Below, piece by piece: positions 24,574 to 45,575 of a stretch of 64,000 bases of DNA (the stretch's first letter is position 1; each line of letters opens with the position of its first letter). This DNA comes from Macrostomum lignano (Eukaryota). The notes under the pieces were generated by a model. It was not told the origin of the DNA and did no database searches. It saw only the letters and a program-made list of their open reading frames with translations. Made by a program: the position numbers and the translations under genes. The stretch is taken from contig NIVC01003312.1 of the NCBI GenBank assembly GCA_002269645.1, positions 1-64,000 on the forward strand. The letters run 5' to 3'.

Positions 24574-27500
24574 CTAGACGATGTAGCTCGCTGATGTAGT
24601 TGGACTTGTAACTGAGCCTGCAATTGCACAGATTTTGCAGTTTTGTATCCCCAGATCTGCAGTGCATGTCTAACCATCTGTCTAGCCAAGCCAGGCCCGT
24701 GCTTTTCCCTTCCATGTCTGAAGAAAATCGAAATAGAATATTGAATAGCAAGGCTAAAATTCCTGATCCCAATTTGAAATCCCACATTCCTGATCCTAAT
24801 TTTAAATCCCATATTCCTGATCCCAATCTGAGATCCCAGATTCCTGATCCTAATTTTAAATCCTATATTCCTGATCCCAATCTGAGATCCCAGAGTCCCG
24901 ATCCCAATCTGGGATCCCGGATTCCTGATCCCAATTTTAAATCCCAAATTCCTGATCCTAATATGAAATCCCACATTGATCCCAATCTGAGATCCCAGAT
25001 TCCCGATCCCAATCTGAGATCCCACATTCCTGATCCCAATCTGAAATCCCACACTCCTGATCCCAATTTTAAATCCCATATTCCTGATCCTAATCTGAAA
25101 TCCCACATTGATCCCAATCTGAGATCCCAGATTCCCGATCCCAATCTGAGATCCCACATTCCTGATCCCAATCTGAAATCCCACACTCCTGATCCCAATT
25201 TTAAATCCCATATTCCTGATCCTAATCTGAAATCCCACATTGATCCCAATCTGAGATCCCAGGTTCCCGATCCCAATCTGGAATCCCGGATTCCTGATCC
25301 TCATCTGCAATCCCACATTCCTGATCCCAATTTAAAATCCCACATTTCTGATCCCAATCTGAGATCCCAGATTCCTGATCCCAATCTGAGATCCCGGATT
25401 CCTAATCCCAATCTGAGATCCAGGATTCCTGATCCTAATCTGCAATCCCAGATTCCTAATCCCAATCTGAAATCCCAGGTTGCTGATCCCAATTTTAAAT
25501 CCCATATTCCTGATCCCAATCTGAGATCCCAGATTCCTGATCCTCATCTGCAATCCCACATTCCTGATCCCAATCTGAGATCCCAGATTTCTGATCCCAA
25601 TCTTAAATCCAGGATTCCTGATCCTCATCTGCAATCCCAGATTCCTGATCCCAATTTGAAATCAGAGATTCCTGATCTCAATCTGAAGTCCCACATTCCT
25701 GATCCCAATCTGAGATCCCAGATTTCTGATCCCAATCTGAAATCCAGGATTCCTGATCCTCATCTGCAATCCCAGATTCCTGATCCCAATTTGAAATCCC
25801 AGATTCTTCATCCCAATTTGAAGTCCCACATTCCTGATCCCAATCTGAGATCCCACGTTCGTGATCCCAATCTGAGATCCCAGATTCCTGATCCCAATTT
25901 GTGTGCTCACTCCTGCCGCCATAGCCCGAAGGCATCCGATTCCTGTTGGCCGACAGCGAAGAAGCCGAAGAAGAGACCGTCGCCATTGCCAAGTCGTCGT
26001 TTCCGCCGCCGCGACCGACGCCGCCGATGCCGTTAACTCTGCCGCCGTCGCTGCCCGAGACGAACTGCACCGGCGGCAGTCCGACTGGCGACGGATAACG
26101 CGTCTGCTGGTTGTGAAGGCTGCTGGGCTGTTGCTGCTGCTGCTGTTGTTGCTGGGAGACGGGCCGCTGCGGCTGCGACTGCCGCCGGGGATTCTCCGTC
26201 CGAAGCGGCGGCGGCGGTGGGCGCCATTCGGGCTCGAGCTCTGAGTCGAATTTTGCTAAGGACGGGGCCGTCGGTCCGAATAAAATGTAGCAGAAATTGG
26301 CGCAGCCGCCGCCGTGGTCGAACGGGTTGATCAGATCCGGGTTGCGTTTTGTGTTGTACAGGTCCTTGATCTGGTGGTTAGGGAGAGGGTTGATGAGAAG
26401 TAGCACTAGTGTTGGCCAGGGCCTTCCCGAGGGTCTGAGAGCCGTGCTACATTTCCCTGGGTGTCTAGAACCTGGCCCAGATCTCTGTAGATTGGGCTAG
26501 ATCTCCCTGAGCATCTAGAGACTGTGCCTGTGCTACGAGTAATCACCCGTAGTATCTTCGCTCGTATGGACTGCGCACGCTAGAACACCCGGAGTATCTA
26601 GAGGCTGTGCTAGATCTCTGAGGATCTGGAGGCTGTGCTAGACTACCCCAGGGTATCTAGAGGCTGTGCTAGATCTCTGAGTATCTGGAGGCTGTGCTAG
26701 ACTACCCCTGGGTATCTAGAGGATGTGCTAGATCTCTGAGTATCTGGAGGCTGTGCTAGACTACCCCTGGGTATCTAGAGGCTGTGCTAGACTACCCCTG
26801 GGTATCTGGAGGCTGTGCTAGACTACCCCTGGGTATCTAGAGGATGTGCTAGATCTCTGAGTATCTGGAGGCTGTGCTAGACTACCCCTGGGTATCTAGA
26901 GGATGTGCTAGATCTCTGAGTATCTGGAGGCTGTGCTAGACTACCCCTGGGTATCTAGAGGATGTGCTAGATCTCTGAGTATCTGGAGGCTGTGCTAGAC
27001 TACCCCTGGGTATCTGGAGGCTGTGCTAGACTACCCCAGGGTATCTAGAGGATGTGCTAGATCTCTGAGTATCTGGAGGCTGTGCTAGACTACCCCTGGG
27101 TATCTGGAGGCTGTGCTAGACTACCCCAGGGTATCTAGAGGCTGTGCTAGACCTCTGAGTATCTGGAGGCTGTGCTAGACTACCCCTGGGTATCTGGAGG
27201 CTGTGCTAGGCTACCCCTGGGTATCTGGAGGCTGTGCTAGACTACCCCTGGGTATCTAGAGGATGTGCTAGATCTCTGAGTATCTGGAGGCTGTGCTAGA
27301 CTACCCCTGGGTATCTGGAGGCTGTGCTAGGCTACCCCTGGGTATCTGGAGGCTGTGCTAGACTACCCCAGGGTATCTAGAGGATGTGCTAGATCTCTGA
27401 GTATCTGGAGGCTGTGCTAGACTACCCCTGGGTATCTAGAGGATGTGCTAGATCTCTGAGTATCTGGAGGCTGTGCTAGACTACCCCTGGGTATCTAGAG

Positions 27501-29285
27501 GCTGTGCTAGACTACCCCTGGGTATCTGGAGACTGTGCTAGACTACCCCAGGGTATCTAGAGGCTGTGCTAGACTACCCCTGGGTATCTAGAGGATGTGC
27601 TAGAGATCCTCCACAATCCACAGCAGCGCTCACATCCTCATTCGTGGAGGTCTCGCGGCAGATCAGCAGGGTGTGGAAGCCGCCAAGTCCAACCACAGAG
27701 AACAAGGAGAAAAATGCCACCAAGATGACTACCAGAGTGCAGACGGGAAGATTGAGTTGAGTTAAGGTAAACAAACACTTTAATTGCTGCTTAAAAATAT
27801 CAAATATGGTAAAACTAGGTTTAAAAGTATTTTTTGACAAAGGATATCTGGTAGGCGACTCTCTCAGCACCTGGATAAAGTCTCCATTTTTTTGCCTGCT
27901 CACTGAAATGATAGAATTGAAATGCAATAGACATGGTTAGGTAGCAGCGGTTTCATTTAGTATGGCGATAATGATCACTAGTTCAGAAAAAATATAAAAT
28001 TAAGAAATGGCATCTCGTAAAAAAACTAATTCTCAAACAAAACAAAACTTGAGGAAGAAAATTTAAGTAGAAATTCCATTTTTTCTAAGATCGTTGATTT
28101 CCGTGACACCCCAACTCCCAAAGATCCCAATCTCCATCACACCCCAGCACACCAAAGATCCCAATCCCCGTGACAACCCATGACACAGACCCCAATTCAA
28201 TTGGGAGACTTCTCAAGAGATCTCATTCTAGTAAATATCAAATTTTCAAAGAAATCACCCATTCTCCAGAGATCTGGATCCAAATCAGTATTGGTGTCTT
28301 TTCAAAGGCAAAAATTCCAAAGTCCAGCTTCCAAATAAGGATCCTTTAATCTGGAAAGTATCCCACTCTGACAAAGGAAATCCGTCCCAACTCAAAGCAC
28401 TCACGAATAACCAAATTGATGCAGCCGAACACCATAATGTAGACGCAATAGACGGTCACGCTGGCCAAGAACAAATAAAAATATCGATAATTCCGCCTGC
28501 CAACGCAGTTGCCAACCCACGGGCAGTGGTGATCGAATCTGTCAACGCAATTGTCGCATGTAGAACAGTGGCTGGCCCTTGGCGGCCGCCACAGCTTGCA
28601 GGTCTGGCAGAATTTCAGCTTGAATAATCGGCCATTGATTCGAATGTCGCGCAATGTCTCGTACTGCGGAACCGTGCTGTGCGAGGCTTGACGTGGGTTT
28701 TTTTATCGATTTATAGATTTTGTCAGATTGTGGCTGATTTTGAGCCCGATTAGCCAACCAATATTGGCAGTTTTTGAGCCCGATTAGCTAACCAATTTTT
28801 GGCGAATTTCAAAACCTCGACGACCACCTGAAGTCCCTACAAGTCTATTACATTAGTTGGGTTCTGAGACAGATTAAATGTATTTTACAGTGTAGCTCGT
28901 ACTTTTCCATGGAAATCAATAAAGTGCACCCGAATCCAGATTCTCCCTATCTAAAAAATCAAGCTCTAAAAGATGCAAACTCACCCATCTCAGCCTCCAT
29001 CCAGGCAGCCTCGTCGGGCCCAGCCCTGGGAATGATGCCCGGATCGCTCAGGGTGGTGCGCAGCAGGCAGGCCAGCACAAAGCCACACTGCAGCACGGCG
29101 AAAACTGGCACAGCTGGCGACAGATTCACTGCCAAAAAACGACAATCGAACGCGAAGAATAGTCCCGAAAACACCACCACCAGAAGCAGGGTTAGGTAGA
29201 ACACTGACAGGTTCCTAGCGCACACGCAGCGACCATTGCAGGTGATCCAGCTCTTACCCTTGTACTGCTCCCAGCGCTTTGGCAT
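24574..29285 (-). CDS. ZDHHC9: DHHC palmitoyltransferase, ZDHHC9/14/18 (Erf2/approximated) family, 6 coding exons
   Basis: Exons 29285-28985, 28686-28405, 27902-27848, 27736-27634, 26370-25911 and 24656-24574 (last one tentative); all phases are compatible. Motifs: [95 protein letters not shown]...GPTAPS. Intron 3 is AT-AC. The symbol denotes the family, not proven one-to-one orthology. Confidence 0.92.
24767..25900. repeat. 27-bp minisatellite (ATTCCTGATCCCAATCTGAGATCCCAG) in ZDHHC intron 5
   Basis: Tandem units; source of the IPDPNLRSQ pseudo-ORF. Confidence 0.95.
26590..27603. repeat. Modular 31/28-bp minisatellite in ZDHHC intron 4
   Basis: Interleaved modules GAGGCTGTGCTAGACTACCCCTGGGTATCT(G/A) and GAGGATGTGCTAGATCTCTGAGTATCTG. 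Confidence 0.94.
27737..27847 (-). other. U12-type AT-AC intron (111 nt) in the ZDHHC gene
   Basis: 5'ss |ATATCCTTTG, branch site TTACCTTAAC (27770-27761), 3'ss ctgcAC|. Removal gives [26 protein letters not shown], colinear with ZDHHC-family DSPAS-VLEAVVCFFS...GFH. Confidence 0.9.
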
Positions 29286-31109
29286 TGCAACACCCTCCTG
29301 CTTTTAGCTGGTCAGCTTCAGTGAGCATGAAATAAATTATAAAGGCTGCTAAATAGGCATAAGAAGCAGCTGCCTATAAGCTGTACTAAAAAATGTTAAA
29401 TCATAGAATAAATTAGAAAAAACAAAGTTTTAGTGTATCTATATTTTAAAATATATCTAACTACAATTTTTAGTATATTGGATTTGATTGGTTTGATTAT
29501 GGAAATGGGACATCTAAAATAGTTTACTAACTTTTAAAAAATCTCCTATAACCTTATGAATAAAAATATAAGTACTTAATTGCTTTAAACATGAAATGAG
29601 TCATTTCACTTGACAAAAAAATTAACAAAGCAAATTTTACAACCAAGCTTTGAATAATTTATGCAAATCAAAAGAAAAAACATGTTAGTTTTAAATAGTC
29701 GCTTATAGAATATGTAATAGGCCTAATATTTAAAATAGGCAGATCCTGACCTGATGGATGAAGCCACTGTTGGCAATAGTTGATACATGTGAATCTGATT
29801 TATGAAAATCCCACAAAATTCACCCTTTTAATTTTATGGATCCATGCAACAATGATTTAGAAGCTTATATGTGAAGATGGGTATGAAATTTCGTACATAC
29901 TGAGAATTCATATTGTTTTATTCTCTGGCATTGCACTTTAAAGTCCTTCGAAAGTATATTTAGCTTTAATGTAAATTAAAAAAACGTCAACCTTAATTAT
30001 TCAGAAATTTATTCTTCTACTTTTAATATTTTCATTCAGAAATACAAAACTAAAGTAAAAAATTTAGTTTTAAAAAATTGTCTTAGATTATAGAATTTTT
30101 AATTGATTATTTTTTTTAACAATCCTATATACTAAAAATGAAAATCTAATCTAAGCACGTTCTGCATACAAGTAATGAGACTATGATGAGTTAGTTAAAA
30201 GAAAGGCAATACTTGAAAATACGAAGTAAATTACAAAACTGAAATCCGCCAAATAACAGATTACTTCTGAAGTTTATAATGCAAAAGAGGTATATCGTTT
30301 TTAAAGAAATAATTTAATAATATTTGTTTATGTAAACTATTTTATTAATCAGTTCTTTTTAAAATTACAACTATACTTTGTTAAGAAGAGTTGTTCTAAT
30401 TTTCCGGACTTTTACACTTGAAAATATGACATTTGACAAGACAATCAGTCAATGCATTCTTATGCAATACGGGTACTAGCCAATACTAGGGACAGGAAAG
30501 CGAAAAAAAGTTGAAAAAAGGTTTATTATTCTCTTAGTCCTCGAAAGGCATTATTATTTTGATTGGATTAAGTTTTACCACAGACAAAAAAGTCACTTGA
30601 ATTCAAGAATTCAAATATACATTTAACACTAAAATAGTCGGAACTCGCAGTACTCCAACGTTTGTTGTTTCACATCAATAGTATTGAGTAGTCCCTGTTG
30701 CAATATTTAAAACAATACAACAATTAGTATTGCAGGACACAGACGCATCATTAAAATTTGCGAGAACATTTCACATGTCAATCACCTTTTCTCTAATACA
30801 TCACAGCTATAACTCTAATTCAACGCAACTGGGGAAGGGAGGCAGGGCCACCACTCTTCAGTGGAGATTCGGAAAAGATGAACGGGTGAACCAAGTGCAC
30901 ATTCGCCAAAATACAGGCCGGCCCCTTTGGTCTTCACCCAAATGCATCCCGGTTCAGCCATTAAATGCCAACACGAACGAAACAGAAGCAGAAAAAGAAA
31001 ACCTTACTTTGGATAGCTTAAGAAAGGGGTAAGCTGCTTAATTTTACAAGTAAAAAAGTATTTTAGAAAGTTTTTTGTTTTACTATGTATTTGTAAAGCG
31101 CGCACATTT

Positions 31110-31528
31110 GGCCGGGGTCTCCCTAAAACACGCACCGCACCGCCCCGACCGCTACACATTATAACATTTTTGTCAATGCAGTATTTTGATTTCAAAGAAA
31201 ACTATTGGTTGTAAGAGTAACATAATAATTAACTTTAATTATTACGTTAAATATTATTATTATTTTTGATATTCTCGTTTGCATTAATAAATTATATAAA
31301 TTAAATTAAATTAAATATAATAATTAAATTATTATTTTATTAATACTATTATTCATATTGCTTATTATACACGGAATTTGATATTTCAAAGTAAATAAAC
31401 TAAATTCAATAAAAGCTTGAAGCTTAACATAAAACTCATTTTGAAATGTCTTCAGTTATAGTCCAATTTGTTTTAACGTGTAGCGCTGTGGGGCGGGGCG
31501 GTGCGTGTTTTAGGGAGACCCTTTGGCC
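31110..31528. promoter_or_regulatory. Inverted-repeat GC-box module between the divergent ZDHHC and Rab6 genes (candidate bidirectional promoter or MITE)
   Basis: 31110-31157 GGCCGGGGTCTCCCTAAAACACGCACCGCACCGCCCCGACCGCTACAC is a near reverse complement of 31478-31528, which contains GGGGCGGGGC. The spacer is very AT-rich. Confidence 0.55.
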
Positions 31529-31742
31529 GAATTTTTCGTGACCGAGCCGGCCGATCGTACACGAGCAAGCGAGAGTAAATTAAATACGAAAAAAAGATTG
31601 ACACCAATTGTGTACTATTTTTAAGTAGCAAAATATATCTAATTTAGAGTCTATCAAATAACAAACGTATCTTATAAATTTACTAGTACTACAATTCAAA
31701 AGACGTACAGAGAAGTTACATTCCGTTTTTCAAGCTTTCTAA

Positions 31743-41247
<9,505 letters not shown>

Positions 41248-41686
41248 GTTGTGTCTTTTTTGGTTAACTCAACTGACTTTGAGCAATATGGATAATTTCT
41301 CGGACCTTTTCTGATGTTTTTTTATCATATCCGGTTTCCTAACTGAAGCTCCTCTGGTCCCTGTTCAGTCTCTGTGATCAACAGGCTTGACCCTTGACCT
41401 TGTTTTAGTCTTGTTTTGTTTCGTGTTTCTTTCTCTGTCCAATAATTTTCACTATCTTGCTTGTCTATTGTAACAAACACAGGTAACATTCCAGCCGTAT
41501 AGTTGTGCTTGACTAATAAATTTTCTTGATCTAACTCTTTTTCTATCTGAAATAATAGACAGGTTTTTAGTGTCCAACAGATGCCTTAGCAAGGCCTTGG
41601 CAATCAAAGTGTTGGCAAGTCACTTTTACGCCTGTTTAGGGCTTATAAACCCTTTGTAATTTTGCAGGCCATTAAACTCTTTTGTA

Positions 41687-42070
41687 CTTTAGCGGGCCAT
41701 TAAACCCCAACTTTGTACTTTAGCGGGCCATTAAACCCCAACTTTGTACTTTAGCGGGCCATTAAACCCCAACTTTGTACTTTAGCGGGCCATTAAACCC
41801 CAACTTTGTACTTTAGCGGGCCATTAAACCCCAACTTTGTACTTTAGCGGGCCATTAAACCCCAACTTTGTACTTTAGCGGGCCATTAAACCCCAACTTT
41901 GTACTTTAGCGGGCCATTAAACCCCAATTTTGTACTTTAGCAGGTCATTAAACCCAACTTTGTACTTTAGCGGGCTATTAAACCCCACTTTGTACTTTAG
42001 CGCTCCATTAAGCCTATCTTTGTATTTTTGTGGGTCAGTATACTCGACTGGTTTGTACTTTAGCGGGCCA
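41687..42070. repeat. 31-bp minisatellite (CCATTAAACCCCAACTTTGTACTTTAGCGGG) downstream of the Rab6 stop
   Basis: About 11-12 units, degenerate at the ends. Confidence 0.94.
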
Positions 42071-42691
42071 GCATGAGAGAATAAGAGAATTTCACATTAA
42101 AATAGCTTAAAAAACATTCCTTGTTTGCCAATTTCCCTTCCTAATCGCTCTGCTAAAAGCCTTAACACGCTTTGACACCTCTGTTTTGTATGCGATATTC
42201 TTTTATACTATTTGTACTATATAATAACATATAATAACCATATTCTATTCGCATATAAATTCCCGTTGTGCCTTTATCAATATTAACGGCAATTAGCTCT
42301 ACTTATTACTGGTCAGTAGGAGTAGTTTAAAATAACTTTGGTACTTTTTAATAGGTATGCAACATTAAATGTTTTCAAGTTTAATTATTGCACCCCGGAT
42401 CTACTTTATCGATTTTATATCGGACTCCTTCACTCTCAATTCTGCCAATTGATTTCTGAAACGCCAGACATCGAACTTCGGCCAGTCGATCCGGACGACT
42501 CTAGCGAGCAGGCCAAAGGTTACTGCAACTGTTGAATTATTTTTTTGTTGCTAGCTGGCAACTGTGTTCCAGTTAATGACGGTTGGCTTGAAAAAAGATT
42601 AATTTGTTTATTATATTAAATTTTGTATTAGCTAATTCTCTTTTGTTTATGGTTGTTAGCTAGCATCTCTGCCATTGCGTGGGTAGATTGT

Positions 42692-44010
42692 TTGATAGAT
42701 ACAAATATAGATGGTTGATAGATACAAATAAAGATGGTTGATAGATACAAATATAGATGGTTGATAGATACAAATATAGATGGTTGATAGATACAAATAT
42801 AGATGGTTGATGGATACAAATATAGATGGTTGATAGATACAAATATAGATGGTTGATAGATACAAATATAGATGGTTGATAGATACAAATATAGATGGTT
42901 GATAGATACAAATATAGATGGTTGATGGATACAAATATAGATGGTTGATAGATACAAATATAGATGGTTGATAGATACAAATATAGATGGTTGATAGATA
43001 CAAATATAGATGGTTGATCGATACAAATATAGATGGTTGATCGATACAAATATAGATGGTTGATCGATACAAATATAGATGGTTGATAGATACAAATATA
43101 GATGGTTGATCGATACAAATATAGATGGTTGATAGATACAAATATAGATGGTTGATCGATACAAATATAGATGGTTGATAGATACAAATATAGATGGTTG
43201 ATAGATACAAATATAGATGGTTGATAGATACAAATATAGATGGTTGATAGATACAAATATAGATGGTTGATAGATACAAATATAGATGGTTGATAGATAC
43301 AAATATAGATGGTTGATAGATACAAATATAGATGGTTGATAGATACAAATATAGATGGTTGATAGATACAAATATAGATGGTTGATAGATACAAATATAG
43401 ATGGTTGATAGATACAAATATAGATGGTTGATCGATACAAATATAGATGGTTGATCGATACAAATATAGATGGTTGATCGATACAAATATAGATGGTTGA
43501 TAGATACAAATATAGATGGTTGATCGATACAAATATAGATGGTTGATAGATACAAATATAGATGGTTGATCGATACAAATATAGATGGTTGATAGATACA
43601 AATATAGATGGTTGATAGATACAAATATAGATAGTTGATAGATACAAATATAGATGGTTGATAGATACAAATATAGATGGTTGATAGATACAAATATAGA
43701 TGGTTGATAGATACAAATATAGATGGTTGATAGATACAAATATAGATGGTTGATAGATACAAATATAGATGGTTGATAGATACAAATATAGATGGTTGAT
43801 CGATACAAATATAGATGGTTGATCGATACAAATATAGATGGTTGATAGATACAAATATAGATGGTTGATAGATACAAATATAGATGGTTGATAGATACAA
43901 ATATAGATGGTTGATCGATACAAATATAGATGGTTGATAGATACAAATATAGATGGTTGATAGATACAAATTTAGATGGTTGATAGATACAAATATAGAT
44001 GGTTGATTGA
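42692..44010. repeat. 23-bp minisatellite (GATAGATACAAATATAGATGGTT)n
   Basis: Direct observation; gives 23-aa periodic ORFs in all three minus frames. Confidence 0.97.
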
Positions 44011-44454
44011 TTGATCGATAAAAATATGGATGGGTTGATACATGGATGATTATGCAAACAGACCGCAATTACAAGCTAAGAAAATATTACTATTGATGTA
44101 TTTCACACAACCTGTCAATGTGTGTCTGTGTTTAAGTAATTTTCTTCTCTACAAAGCCTCAGTGATATTTTTTCTGCTTTTTTATTCCTACATATTTCAA
44201 TAGAATCACCTATCGCTTGCTGTCAATATAGAACAGGCCCACCATATATAGACCACTATTGTCCATGAAGCATTGAAATAAAATTATCTATATAGTCAGG
44301 AAATCGTTTGTTCTTTGATCATTACTTAACTGTTCGTATTACCATTTTTTCTTTAAATTTTTACTTCTGTTAGACTTCTCTGTAAACTAAGGGTTACAGT
44401 GGAGATGTTACCTATCCCATGTAGACAATCCGGTCCCTCATTCTATGGTAGTCC

Positions 44455-45460
44455 TCATCCTATGGCTATGATGGTCCTTCTCATCCTATGATGGTCCTTC
44501 TCATCCTATGATGGTCCTTCTGATTCTATGGTGGTCCTTCTCATCCTATGGTGGTCCTTCTCATCCTATGGTGGTCCTTCCATCCTATGATGGTCCTTCT
44601 CATCCTATGGTGTTTCTTCTCATCCTATGGTGGTCCTTCTCATCCTATGGTGTTTCTTCTCATCCTATGGTGGTCCTTCCATCCTATGATGGTCCTTCCA
44701 TCCTATGATGGTCCTTCTCATCCTATGGTGGTCCTTCTCATCCTATGGTGTTTCTTCTCATCCTATGATGGTCCTTCTCATCCTATGGTGGTCCTTCTCA
44801 TCCTATGATGGTCCTTCTCATCCTATGATGGTCCTTCTCATCCTATGATGGTCCTTCTCATCCTATGATGGTCCTTCTCATCCTATGGTGGTCCTTCTCA
44901 TCCTATGGTGGTCCTTCCATCCTATGATGGTCCTTCTCATCCTATGGTGTTTCTTCTCATCCTATGGTGGTCCTTCTCATCCTATGGTGTTTCTTCTCAT
45001 CCTATGGTGGTCCTTCCATCCTATGATGGTCCTTCCATCCTATGATGGTCCTTCTCATCCTATGGTGGTCCTTCTCATCCTATGGTGTTTCTTCTCATCC
45101 TATGATGGTCCTTCTCATCCTATGGTGGTCCTTCCATCCTATGATGGTCCTTCTCATCCTATGGTGTTTCTTCTCATCCTATGGTGGTCCTTCTCATCCT
45201 ATGGTGTTTCTTCTCATCCTATCGTGGTCCTTCTCATCCTATGGTGGTCCTTCCATCCTATGATGGTCCTTCTCATCCTATGGTGTTTCTTCTCATCCTA
45301 TGGTGGTCCTTCTCATCCTATGGTGTTTCTTCTCATCCTATGGTGGTCCTTCTCATCCTATGGTGGTCCTTCCATCCTATGGTGGTCCTCATCTTATGGC
45401 GGTCCTTCTTATCCTATTGTGGTCCTTCTCATTCTATAGTGGTCCATCTCATCTAATCTT
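44455..45460. repeat. 19-20-bp minisatellite (TCATCCTATGGTGGTCCTTC)n
   Basis: Direct observation. Confidence 0.95.
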
Positions 45461-45575
45461 GGTCTCTCATCTTGTGATGGTCTTTACTATTTTGTGATGG
45501 TAGTTCTCATCGTCCAGTTAGAGTCCTCATCCTGATGTACAGGCTGCTCTTAGCCCTTCGCACCACCTGTTTATA

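Noticed and set aside
24624-26036. 470-aa plus-strand IPDPNLRSQ repeat ORF
   Set aside because: It is the antisense reading of an intronic 27-bp minisatellite plus part of ZDHHC exon 5.
27729-27736. GT-AG alternative: ctggtag acceptor at 27729 joined directly to ZDHHC exon 2
   Set aside because: Phase-compatible, but it deletes the conserved ~25-aa [18 protein letters not shown] segment; the AT-AC model fits better.
42628-44068. 430-470-aa Ile/Tyr-rich ORFs in three minus frames
   Set aside because: 23-bp repeat lacking stops on that strand.
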